A DNA stretch of 64,000 nt from a virus (taxonomy: Duplodnaviria; Caudoviricetes): positions 1 to 64,000 of the IMG/VR virus record IMGVR_UViG_3300044719_000028; one strand, 5' to 3'. Position numbers and translations under genes: made by a program. Numbering within the stretch: position 1 is the stretch's first letter; each line of letters begins with the position of its first letter. A model generated the notes under the pieces. It ran no database searches. It was given only the letters and a program-made list of their open reading frames with translations, and was not told the origin of the DNA. This document shows positions 32,721 through 42,136 of this stretch, piece by piece.

Positions 32721-33164
32721 ATGGGAAGTTTCACTGATTCTCTCAAATCAAACATCAATCGCGTGCAGCAAGAAGTTAACACTAAGATTAATTTTGTCGC
32801 TTACACGCTGTTCTACAAGATCGTCAATAATTCTCCTCACGTTGGTGACGGACCGTATGTTGCGGGTCATTTCGTTGCTAACTGGTTCCCTGCTGTTAAT
32901 TCTTACGACAGGTCGATTACGAACGCTACAAGCAATGGTAGTGACAGCCTAGCCAGAATCGATATGATTGTAAAGGAGTCTAACGCATTCTTCCAAAAGG
33001 ATGGATTTGTTACGCTCTCTAACAATCTAACATATGCAATGCGTGTGGAAATCCTCGCTTGGCCTGCTGGTAAAGACCCTATTAGCGGTTGGACTTGGAC
33101 AGGTTTGCGCAGGTATTACGCTCCGGTGGCAGTTTCTATGAATGCGATGAAAGGCTCTGTTTAA
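32721..33164 (+). CDS. HK97 gp10-like tail completion protein (147 aa)
   Basis: IVNNSP...GHFVANW...TLSNNLTYAMRVE pattern. Confidence 0.65.
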   Translation: MGSFTDSLKSNINRVQQEVNTKINFVAYTLFYKIVNNSPHVGDGPYVAGHFVANWFPAVNSYDRSITNATSNGSDSLARIDMIVKESNAFFQKDGFVTLSNNLTYAMRVEILAWPAGKDPISGWTWTGLRRYYAPVAVSMNAMKGSV

Positions 33165-33556
33165 TGAACATTCGACAAGAAGTTGAAACTGCACTACGTG
33201 TGTATGCCACCAGCAAGAACATCCCTGTTGCAGTTGAGGGGGTTCCCTTCAACAAACCTTCTACTGGCAACTGGCTGGAACTTGTATTCCTTGCTTCAGA
33301 TACGACCAATCCGACAGTAGATGGTACAAGGGTGCGTAAGACAGGTGTTTTCCAGATCAACTGTTATACACCCACGGGCAAGGGCATGAAAGCTCTCGAC
33401 ATCATGTCTGAGGAGGTTGTTGCCTTGTTCCCCTTCGATCAAAAAGAAGTATACCAAACTTTCTCTGTAGAGCAAACTCCAAATGCCAGTCAAGCTATGC
33501 AAGATGCAGCGTTCTTGATGTGTGCTGTTAGAGTTAAATACAGGCAAGAATTCTAG
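33164..33556 (+). CDS. tail terminator protein (130 aa)
   Basis: VEGVPFNKP...RKTGVFQINCYTPTGKG pattern (DUF4128-like). Confidence 0.7.
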   Translation: MNIRQEVETALRVYATSKNIPVAVEGVPFNKPSTGNWLELVFLASDTTNPTVDGTRVRKTGVFQINCYTPTGKGMKALDIMSEEVVALFPFDQKEVYQTFSVEQTPNASQAMQDAAFLMCAVRVKYRQEF

Positions 33557-33637
33557 AGCTTCTAGCTCACAAAAAGAATACGGCTAGAAGTCGTATAACA
33601 AGCATCTTTGCAAAGATAACTATTTAAAGGAAATAAA

Positions 33638-34087
33638 ATGACTGTAATGACATCTGCCACCACTACCCTGTACGCTTCGGCAACTCTGCCGACTACGTAC
33701 GATAAAACGGGTTACGAGGCTCTGACTTGGACGAAGATTTCGGAAGTGAATAACGTTGGTGCTATCGGTGGTACTAACTCGATGCAGAAGCATATGCCGA
33801 TTGACACTGGCACTGTTGTCAAGATTCCGGGTTCGCGTGACGAAGGTAGTGCAGAAATCACGATGGCGAAGCACCAAGGAAGTGACACCACTCTTCTGCA
33901 AACAGCTTTTGACGCACGCACTCCGATTGCTCTGAAGATTGTGTACCCCACTGCACTTGGTGTGACTGCTTACACCACTGGCTACGTTGCCACCAATGTT
34001 ACCACGATTGGTACGTCGGATACGATTCTTGAACTGAAAACCACGGTCGATCTGGCTACTAAGATTCTCGAAATCACTGCGTCGTAA
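33638..34087 (+). CDS. major tail tube protein (149 aa)
   Basis: YEALTWTKISEV...KIPGSRDEG siphovirus tube pattern; followed by a terminator. Confidence 0.85.
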   Translation: MTVMTSATTTLYASATLPTTYDKTGYEALTWTKISEVNNVGAIGGTNSMQKHMPIDTGTVVKIPGSRDEGSAEITMAKHQGSDTTLLQTAFDARTPIALKIVYPTALGVTAYTTGYVATNVTTIGTSDTILELKTTVDLATKILEITAS

Positions 34088-34092
34088 TACAG

Positions 34093-34118
34093 AGAGGGCT
34101 ACGGCCCTCTATTCTTCT
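34093..34118 (+). terminator. terminator after tail tube gene
   Basis: AGAGGGC-TACG-GCCCTCT-ATTCTTCT. Confidence 0.65.
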
Positions 34119-34226
34119 AAGTATTCTAACACAGATTAGAGTCTTTAGAAGAATCAATAAAAGGCAGCATAGCCTTCTTTCAACGCTCTCATGAGCAAAC
34201 TATAACATAACCAAAGGAACTCTACC

Positions 34227-34643
34227 ATGACTTTTGAACTGAACACCCTTGCTATCGCTGACGAAGGCGTCCTGCATCTGACTCACCCTGTCACTGGCGT
34301 CCCGCTGTATGCCCCTGTTAAGAAAGGGGAGGATGCTGAATCGAAGCCGGTGCAGATCGTGCTGAAGAGTACGGCATCGCAATCTTACCGTAGGGCAGTT
34401 GATGCAATGATGAAGAAAGCAGCTAAACGCGGTAAGCGCGAAGCAACCCCGGAAGAAATGCGGGAACAGAGTGTTGAATTTCTGGTTGCTCTGTCCGTGC
34501 GTGCGGACAATCTTACGCTGAATGGTGAAACTCTGGACAACGCAGAGGCATTCCGTAAGCTGTATTCCAACGATAGTTTCGGATGGATTAAAGAGCAAGT
34601 CAATACGTTTGTTGGATCGGTTGACGGTTTTTTGTCGGCATAA
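34227..34643 (+). CDS. tail assembly chaperone (lambda gpG analogue, 138 aa)
   Basis: Between tail tube and tape measure; ends in a slippery site. Confidence 0.8.
   Translation: MTFELNTLAIADEGVLHLTHPVTGVPLYAPVKKGEDAESKPVQIVLKSTASQSYRRAVDAMMKKAAKRGKREATPEEMREQSVEFLVALSVRADNLTLNGETLDNAEAFRKLYSNDSFGWIKEQVNTFVGSVDGFLSA
34628..34634 (+). other. -1 programmed ribosomal frameshift site T TTT TTG
   Basis: X XXY YYZ heptamer; the -1 frame is open (FFVGISNSLLLYCSQLAWLGATPDKAR) into ORF 34709..35119. Confidence 0.8.
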
Positions 34644-35119
34644 GTAATTCTCTACTCTTATATTGTTCCCAGCTAGCATGGCTAGGGGCCACACCGGATA
34701 AGGCTCGTATGAGTCGATGGGAGCAAATTAAGAGTAATGCCCCGAGAGAACGGGGAGACAACGAAGAAGGTGACGTTCCACCGGCCCCACAAGAGATTCA
34801 TTTGCCCGAAATTCCGGCGCCTTATGATGCTCTGGTGGGGCTTTTCCATTTGTCAGGACAAGCTCTGCAAACTGGTTGGGGGCTTTGTCCGTTGACATGG
34901 GTGGAGATAGACGCTTTCGTTAGGGTCAACGATCTCGACCTTACTCTTTGGGAAAGAGAATTACTTAAAAAAATGTCCGAAGCTTATTGTGCAGAATATT
35001 CGCGTGCTTCCGATCCGAAACGACCGGCACCATATCAACCAGAACAAACAGAAGAAGTAGATCAAATAGCAAAAGCTATGAGGATCATGGATTCACTATC
35101 GGCCTTTAGGAAGACATAA
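34634..35119 (+). CDS. tail assembly chaperone gpT part (expressed as a G-T fusion from 34227)
   Basis: GWGLCPLTWVEIDAF...ERELLKKMSEAY pattern. Confidence 0.75.
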   Translation, partial: VGISNSLLLYCSQLAWLGATPDKARMSRWEQIKSNAPRERGDNEEGDVPPAPQEIHLPEIPAPYDALVGLFHLSGQALQTGWGLCPLTWVEIDAFVRVNDLDLTLWERELLKKMSEAYCAEYSRASDPKRPAPYQPEQTEEVDQIAKAMRIMDSLSAFRKT

Positions 35120-35120
35120 T

Positions 35121-38100
35121 ATGGCACTAGAAGCAAGCGTCCTTACCGTTCGTGTACAGAGCGAAGGGGTAGAGAGCACAACTAAAGCTCTTAACGATCT
35201 TGCCAAAGCTGGCGAGAATGCTGAGAAAAAGACATCTAACATTGGCAGCGGAGCCAAACAATCCGCGAAAGCTCAGGTGGACGCTGCTCAACAGGCAGCA
35301 TCTGCTTACAATGCTATCATCGATATGATGACTGAGAAGGCAAATGAATTCTACGCCAACAAAGTAAGGAAAGCATTTTTGGCTTCTCAGCAAGAAATCT
35401 TTGAAGGTATGGCCCTTGCAGATAAACTCTCTGCGATTATTCAGCAAGGTCAAGCTGACCGCCAAGCCATGCGCGAGAAAGAGAGCGCTGATATCCGTGC
35501 CAAGCAACAAGAGCAAATGAATGCTGCTCAGGAATGGTATGCGAAGCAGCAAGACTTGGCTAACAAGATGAATGCTGTGTACGACAAGAAGCAGGCGACT
35601 AAGCTTGACAACGACCATGAAGCAGCAATTTTGGAAGATAAACGGCGCGCATGGAAGGCTCTTGGCGAAGCTCAGGCTGAAGCATTAAGGATTAACGCAC
35701 AAATTGACGCTGCCAATAAGCGTCTTGAAAACGATCACGCTGCTGCAATTCTCGAAGATAAAAAACGAGCATGGAAGGCTTTGGGACAAGCCCAATCGGA
35801 AGCAATGGCGATGAATGCTAAGATGACTCGTGATTCGCAGCAAGCACGCACAGATGCTGATGAGTTTGTAAAAGCGTTGAAACGTCAAGCCGATACGGTT
35901 GGTATGACAACAAAAGAGCTTCGCGAATACAATGCAGAACAACTAAGAACTAAGGCCGCTCAATTAGGTGTCTCTCAGCAGGTTGAAGGATACATTAACA
36001 CTTTGCGCAACGCCAAAGGTCCACACGAGAGCTTCAATCTTTTGACGGCAGGTTCTGCGCGAGAGCTCATGGTATTGGGCCACGAACTTAGTCAGGGTCA
36101 GTTTAACAGGTTCTACGGCTCGTTGATTGTGCTCGCTGAACGTATTAACTTCCTACCGAGCCTTCTTGAGAAAGCCAGCGTAGCTGCAACGTCTATGGGG
36201 ATGAGCCTTGGTGTACTGGTTACGGCAGTTCTTACAACTGCTGCTGCAATTGGCATGGCGATTTATACGTTTAATAAAAGTTCGTCCGCTCTGCACGATA
36301 TGCGAAACGCTGTTGTGCTAACTGGTGATTCTATCGGAACTACAGGCGACCAACTGTACAGCATGGCTAACAAAATTGGAGACTCGTTCGGCAGTTTTGG
36401 CAAAGCTCGCACCGCTGTTATTGAGCTTGCTAACACAGGACGATTTACGGCAGAACAGATCAACGTAATTGCAGAGGCTGCTGTTGGTCTTGAGAAGTAT
36501 GGTGGTGTTGCTATTGATAAGACGATTAAGCAATTTGAACGTCTTGCCGCAGAACCGCTGAAAGCAGCCGATAAAAGCTTTAAGGGTGTGTCCAATGCGG
36601 CAATGGAGTTGAATACACAACTTCACTTCCTTGAACCTGCTGTGCTTGCTCAGATTATGCATCTGGAGCGTACAGGGGATGTTGCGGGCGCAAGTAAGAT
36701 TGCAATCGCCGCTCTTGCGGAAGAAGAGAAGAAGCGTATCGAAGAGTTGAAGGGCAATCTCACTGAACTCGGTAAAATTATGTCAGGTGTTGGGACTTTT
36801 GCATCTCGGATGTGGAATAACATTTTCCATAAAGAGTCTGACGAAGATGAACTGGAACGTGTTGTTGATCGGATTAATGATGCATTGAAACGCATTGGCA
36901 AGACAGGCGGAAGCTCCACGCAGACAGAACAACTTAATGTTTGGTTGCAACAGAGTAATGAGATTCAAGAGCGTATTAACAAGAAGCAAAGTAAAGCTCA
37001 AGCTGAGCAAGCCAAACAAAAGCTCAACGATGAAGCGAATCTCGCGTTGGTTCAATTACGCAATATTCAAGAGAAGGCTAAAGGCGAAGAAAATCTGGCG
37101 GCTGCAAAGGCGCGATATGAGAAAACCCTGAATGCTGCTCGTGAACGTGCTAAGACAGACTCTGCATTTGCTGCTAATGCTGCCGACTTTATTTCGCCAG
37201 AGGCAGAAAAAGAGGCGTTGGCGTATATTGAACGGACGCATAACCTACGCCAGAAACAGCCTAAACAAGACGGCCTTGCTGGGCTGAACTCCAAGCTTTC
37301 CGAAGTCAATGCTCAATACGAGATTGATAAACGCTATTACGATAATCAAGTCAAATTCATCGATGACCTGCAGAAGAAGAAGCTTATTTCTGACTCTGCT
37401 GCTGAGCACGCTAAGAAAGAGTTTCTTGACAATCAAGCAGCGATGGAAGAGAAGTCTCTGAACGACCAGCTTGCACTGATTGACGCCTTCCATTCTAAAG
37501 ATAATAAGCTGATGGAACAAGCAGCCACAAAGCGTCATGAGATTGAAAAGAGGATTGAGAAGAATCAAGCTGACAACGCAGCAAAGAAAAACATCCTTGC
37601 AACTGACGCTGCTGCTCGCGAACAGAAAGCGCAAGAAGATGCTGACAAAGCTTCCAATCAGATCATTTCTCAAGTGGCATCGCAGACGCAAGCTATCCAA
37701 GCAAAGATTGAGGCATACAATGCTCTGCCTGAAGCTGTAAAGCAAGCTGGTCTGACAGAGAAGCAGATGCAAGACGAAATCACTCAGGCCGAAATTCGCG
37801 CACTGGACGAGCGGATCGCTGCAATCAAAGATTTTAACTCGGAAGCAGCTTCCCAAGAGATGGTTCGTTTGAAAGCACAAAAGAAAGCTCTTGAGGATCG
37901 TGCCAAAGCACAGAAGCAATGGGAAGAAATTCAAGAGAAAAACCAGTCTAATCTTGGCCGATCTGCTGCACTCACCAAAGTCGCCACAGAGCAAATCCGT
38001 ATGTGGAAAGACGTTGGAAGCGAGATTGAAAAGTCTCTGAAAAAGTCTTTCGGTGCTGCCGGTGATGCTGCGGGTAAGATGTTTAAAGCTTTCGCTGAAG

Positions 38101-40907
38101 GGCAGGCAGATCAAATCAGTCTGATGAATCAAGCTCGTGTGATTAGCGAGAATAAATCCCTGAGCGAGACTGAGAAGGAAAAACAGCTTAACGAAATTCG
38201 TGTTCAGTCTGCACAGAACCAAGTTGGTATGTACGGTGATATGGCGAGTGCTGCGTCGCTGTTCTTTGAAAAAGGTTCCACAGGCTATCAGGCAATGGCT
38301 AAAGCTGCAATGATTTTGCACACTGCCGAAGTTGCACTGAGCGTCATTAAAGGCGTCAACGCTATTCTTCATCAGGCAGAAGGCGGTGATCAATACTCGG
38401 CGTTCGCACGCATGGCCGCAATGGCTGCTGTCGTCGCTGGATTGGGTGTTGCTATCTCTGGCTCGTTTGGAAGCAAAGGTGGTTTCTCTTCTGCGGATCA
38501 ACAGAAGATTCAGGGTACTGGTACAGTGCTTGGTTCCCCAACAATCACTGATGGATTCAACGTAAAGCTCGTAGGCGCTAAGAGCGATTCTATTGACAAC
38601 TCGTTGAAAATTCTTGAGAAGAATTCTGGTCTTGGATTGGTTGTGCAGAATGATATGCTGACAGCCATGACGACGCTGAGCAACAACATCACGTCTCTCG
38701 CTAAGAGTATTGTTCAGAATGGTAATCTGACAGGAAATATTACAGACAACAATCTGAGCGGTGGCTTTATCAGCAAGATGTTCAGTTCGATTGGTAATGC
38801 CATCTTTGGCGGCAAAACCACTGTGGATGACACTGGCCTTAAAGTGAATGCTGCTTCTCTGGCTCAGATTGCTGCCCAAGGCATTGTGGCGAACCAGTAC
38901 ACCAACACAACCAAGAGTGGCGGTTGGTTCCGTTCGGATAAACACAACACGAGCCTCTCAGCGCTCGATGCAAACACAACAGACCAGTTTACCAAAGTTA
39001 TCCTGAGCATGTCGGACACTCTGAAAACTGCTTCTACGTCCCTTGGCGTCAGTGGTGATGCGTTTAACCAGAAGCTGCAAAGCTTTGTTGTTGATATTGG
39101 AAATGTCAGCCTGAAAGGAATGAATTCCGATCAAATTCAGAAGACTCTTGAAAACATCTTCTCCAAAGTCAGCGATCAAATGGCAACATTTATGTTTGCA
39201 GACTTGAAGCAATATCAGAAGATTGGCGAAGGCCTGATGGAAACAGTGTCTCGTGTCGCTAACGATCTGATGCAAGTGAATGATGTGTTTGCTGTGCTCG
39301 GTAAAACTGTACAACAGGGTGCGCAAGCTATTGCGACATCTGAGCAGCTTATCAGTGAATTCGGCTCTGTGGACAATTTGACGAAAGGTGTTAAGGCGTA
39401 CATCGATGCGATTTATTCGGATGACGAGAAGCTTGCCCCAGTGGTTAAATCTGTCAATGATGCTTTTGCAAAGCTGAATCTCACAGGGATTAAGACGAAA
39501 GAAGATTTCAAGAAAGTTGTAGACAGCATTGACCTCACCACAAGTGCTGGACAAGATTTGTTTGCGGCAATGATGAATATTGCCCCAGCATTTGGTAAAG
39601 TGGTAGATGCTGCAGATGACGCTGCAAAGAAAGCAGCAGAAGCCGCTGCTGAAGTAGCTAAGACGGTTTCTGATGGTCTTCTATCAGATGTTGACACGGC
39701 ATTCAACGCTCTGTCTAAAAACATCTCCAAACAGAAAGACGAAATTTCTAAAGCCGCTGATGCTGCAAAAGAGGCTGCACAGAAACAACTGACTGCTGCA
39801 CAAAGCACACAATCTGCACTCCAAACTGTTTTTGATAGCATCACAAGCGCTTTGAAAAACACTGTGGCTGACTCTATTGCAGTGACAAAAGCAAAACGGC
39901 AGGAAGCTCAAGCGTATATTGCTGTCGCTACAGCATCGGTTGCTGCTGGAAATGATGTGTCGAAGATGAGTGGGTTGCAGGACGCTCTTGATACGCTGTC
40001 CAATCCTTCCAAGGACATGTATGGCTCTTATCAAGAATATGCGTTTGATCAAGCTAAAACAAACGTAAGTTTGACCAAGCTTCAATCGGCCACCAAGGGT
40101 CAACTTGATTATGCTAAATTGACAGTAGACAAGCTGAATGATACAATTACAGCAATTGAAGACCAGAAGAACGCTCAAACAGAAGCTCTTGATAATGTGC
40201 TGAATAAAGCGCAAGATCAAATTGATGTTCTCAAAGGTCAATCTTATTCGCTGCTTAGTATCGATCAAGGCATTGCCGCTCTCAATGTTGCTATTCAAAA
40301 GGCTTACGGTAATACAGCCATTGCAGGCAATTCCGCTGTCAACACTGTGTACCAGAATGCTCTTGGTCGAACCGCAGACACAGCAGGGCTGAAATACTGG
40401 AATGATCAAATTGCAAAAGGGACGCCAATCTCTGACGTTACCAAGGCAATTGCGACATCGGCAGAAGCGCAGGCTGCTATCGAGAATCTGTATCAGACGG
40501 TTCTCCGTAGGCACTCTGATGAAGGTGGTATGCAGTTCTTCATGGATGCTCTTGCTCGTGGCAGCAATCTGAATGATATCTCCTCTGCTATGAAAAATAG
40601 CGATGAGTACAAGAAGCTTCCTTCGTTTGCTGTTGGTACAAACAATCTTCCAGAAGATATGATTGCCCAACTCCATCGGGGTGAACGCATCATTCCGGCA
40701 GCAGATAATGCAGCGTTGCAACGTAAGCTTGATAAGGCAGACGAAAACTCTGCAACGTCGGCTGAAGTATCTGCAAAGCTTGACCAACTTATCAGTATTG
40801 TGAGTGCTGGAGATGTTTCTAACGTCAACATGACTCGTGAGCTTGTTAAGATTATCAAGCGTTGGGATACCGAAGGTCAGCCAGAGACACGTGATGTGAC
40901 GGCATAA
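35121..40907 (+). CDS. tape measure protein (1928 aa) with C-terminal DUF4214-like repeats
   Basis: Long Ala-rich helical protein after the chaperones; C-terminal LPSFAVGTNNLPEDMIAQLHRGERIIPA. Confidence 0.93.
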   Translation: MALEASVLTVRVQSEGVESTTKALNDLAKAGENAEKKTSNIGSGAKQSAKAQVDAAQQAASAYNAIIDMMTEKANEFYANKVRKAFLASQQEIFEGMALADKLSAIIQQGQADRQAMREKESADIRAKQQEQMNAAQEWYAKQQDLANKMNAVYDKKQATKLDNDHEAAILEDKRRAWKALGEAQAEALRINAQIDAANKRLENDHAAAILEDKKRAWKALGQAQSEAMAMNAKMTRDSQQARTDADEFVKALKRQADTVGMTTKELREYNAEQLRTKAAQLGVSQQVEGYINTLRNAKGPHESFNLLTAGSARELMVLGHELSQGQFNRFYGSLIVLAERINFLPSLLEKASVAATSMGMSLGVLVTAVLTTAAAIGMAIYTFNKSSSALHDMRNAVVLTGDSIGTTGDQLYSMANKIGDSFGSFGKARTAVIELANTGRFTAEQINVIAEAAVGLEKYGGVAIDKTIKQFERLAAEPLKAADKSFKGVSNAAMELNTQLHFLEPAVLAQIMHLERTGDVAGASKIAIAALAEEEKKRIEELKGNLTELGKIMSGVGTFASRMWNNIFHKESDEDELERVVDRINDALKRIGKTGGSSTQTEQLNVWLQQSNEIQERINKKQSKAQAEQAKQKLNDEANLALVQLRNIQEKAKGEENLAAAKARYEKTLNAARERAKTDSAFAANAADFISPEAEKEALAYIERTHNLRQKQPKQDGLAGLNSKLSEVNAQYEIDKRYYDNQVKFIDDLQKKKLISDSAAEHAKKEFLDNQAAMEEKSLNDQLALIDAFHSKDNKLMEQAATKRHEIEKRIEKNQADNAAKKNILATDAAAREQKAQEDADKASNQIISQVASQTQAIQAKIEAYNALPEAVKQAGLTEKQMQDEITQAEIRALDERIAAIKDFNSEAASQEMVRLKAQKKALEDRAKAQKQWEEIQEKNQSNLGRSAALTKVATEQIRMWKDVGSEIEKSLKKSFGAAGDAAGKMFKAFAEGQADQISLMNQARVISENKSLSETEKEKQLNEIRVQSAQNQVGMYGDMASAASLFFEKGSTGYQAMAKAAMILHTAEVALSVIKGVNAILHQAEGGDQYSAFARMAAMAAVVAGLGVAISGSFGSKGGFSSADQQKIQGTGTVLGSPTITDGFNVKLVGAKSDSIDNSLKILEKNSGLGLVVQNDMLTAMTTLSNNITSLAKSIVQNGNLTGNITDNNLSGGFISKMFSSIGNAIFGGKTTVDDTGLKVNAASLAQIAAQGIVANQYTNTTKSGGWFRSDKHNTSLSALDANTTDQFTKVILSMSDTLKTASTSLGVSGDAFNQKLQSFVVDIGNVSLKGMNSDQIQKTLENIFSKVSDQMATFMFADLKQYQKIGEGLMETVSRVANDLMQVNDVFAVLGKTVQQGAQAIATSEQLISEFGSVDNLTKGVKAYIDAIYSDDEKLAPVVKSVNDAFAKLNLTGIKTKEDFKKVVDSIDLTTSAGQDLFAAMMNIAPAFGKVVDAADDAAKKAAEAAAEVAKTVSDGLLSDVDTAFNALSKNISKQKDEISKAADAAKEAAQKQLTAAQSTQSALQTVFDSITSALKNTVADSIAVTKAKRQEAQAYIAVATASVAAGNDVSKMSGLQDALDTLSNPSKDMYGSYQEYAFDQAKTNVSLTKLQSATKGQLDYAKLTVDKLNDTITAIEDQKNAQTEALDNVLNKAQDQIDVLKGQSYSLLSIDQGIAALNVAIQKAYGNTAIAGNSAVNTVYQNALGRTADTAGLKYWNDQIAKGTPISDVTKAIATSAEAQAAIENLYQTVLRRHSDEGGMQFFMDALARGSNLNDISSAMKNSDEYKKLPSFAVGTNNLPEDMIAQLHRGERIIPAADNAALQRKLDKADENSATSAEVSAKLDQLISIVSAGDVSNVNMTRELVKIIKRWDTEGQPETRDVTA

Positions 40908-40909
40908 CT

Positions 40910-40938
40910 GAAGGGGCTTTAAGCCCCTTCTTTTCTTT
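40910..40938 (+). terminator. terminator after TMP
   Basis: GAAGGGGCTT-T-AAGCCCCTTC-TTTTCTTT. Confidence 0.75.
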
Positions 40939-40950
40939 GTAAGGATTATT

Positions 40951-42117
40951 ATGAAAATTGTTAAGCCGTTTGTCGTTCAGAGTGGTAACTTGGTTAGCAC
41001 CACAGTTGCAGAGAACGACGCACCTGCTTACTCTTCTTCCACGACGTACACGCTAGGCCAGAAAGTCATGGTAGCAAGTGTGCACAAAGTATATCAGTCG
41101 CTACGTGGTGGGTCTAGTACTGTCATGATTACATATGCGAGTCCTGCTGTGATTGGCTGGACTAAGCATGGTTTGGCTGATGGTACAGCGGTTACATTTA
41201 GTTCTACAGGTACATTACCCGGAGGGTTGTCATCTAGCACAACATACTACGTCGTAAATGCTAGCCAAGATACTTTTAACGTTTCAGCCACTCTTGGTGG
41301 CACTGCAATAAATACAACCAACACAGGCAGTGGAACATTCACTTGTTACGATACACCTAACATTGGGAATGACCCTACGACAAGCCCTACATGGTGGCTT
41401 GATTGTGGAAGCACAAACGCATGGCGTCCATTTGACTCTCTCGTGCAAACACAGCTTACGGCAGATGTTTCTGCTAACTTTGTTGTCAATGTTCCGCAAA
41501 GGATCGACACTGTAGCGTTGCTTAACCTGACGCCCGGCACTACGCAGGTTTTTGTGTCAGCAGTTTATCTTGCAGATGGTTCCACTGTGTACAACGAAAC
41601 TGTCACGCTTTACACAGACGAAACTCCAGTAACAGATTGGTATGAATATTATTTCACAGATTTTAGGCAGAGGCAAGACATCATCCTTAATGATCTTCCT
41701 CCTTACTTGAATGTGAACGTGAGTGTAACACTACAAGGGTCGGCAGGTTCCACTGTAGGTGTTGGTGCGGTTATTTATGGCAAGTCCAAAGACATCTCAA
41801 GTGCAAAGGCTGGTGTAGAGCAAGGGGCAAAGGTAAGTATTACTGATTACTCTGTTAAGACGACGGATGAATTCGGTAACTACACTATCACACCAAGATC
41901 ATTTGCTAAACGTGCGAATTGGGATGTTTGGATTGATAATTCTGACCTAGACTTCGTGTACAACTTCCTGTCCTCTATTCGCACAACACCAATTCTGTTC
42001 GTCGGAAGTGGCAAGTACGCTTCTATGTCTATTTACGGCTTTTATAAGTCGTGGGAAGTGGCAGTCGCTTATCCAGATGTCAGTGTTTGCACAATGGAAA
42101 TTGACGGCCTCACATAA
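40951..42117 (+). CDS. distal tail/baseplate protein with inserted beta domain (388 aa)
   Basis: After TMP; IDTVALLNL, DWYEYYF and DYSVKTTDEFGN motifs; insertion at about aa 52-136. Confidence 0.7.
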   Translation: MKIVKPFVVQSGNLVSTTVAENDAPAYSSSTTYTLGQKVMVASVHKVYQSLRGGSSTVMITYASPAVIGWTKHGLADGTAVTFSSTGTLPGGLSSSTTYYVVNASQDTFNVSATLGGTAINTTNTGSGTFTCYDTPNIGNDPTTSPTWWLDCGSTNAWRPFDSLVQTQLTADVSANFVVNVPQRIDTVALLNLTPGTTQVFVSAVYLADGSTVYNETVTLYTDETPVTDWYEYYFTDFRQRQDIILNDLPPYLNVNVSVTLQGSAGSTVGVGAVIYGKSKDISSAKAGVEQGAKVSITDYSVKTTDEFGNYTITPRSFAKRANWDVWIDNSDLDFVYNFLSSIRTTPILFVGSGKYASMSIYGFYKSWEVAVAYPDVSVCTMEIDGLT

Positions 42118-42136
42118 GAAATATTAAGGAAACAAA

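Noticed and set aside
37245-40787. 566-, 198- and 367-aa ORFs antisense to the tape measure gene
   Set aside because: Shadow ORFs of an Ala/Gln/Lys-rich gene; no protein-like features.
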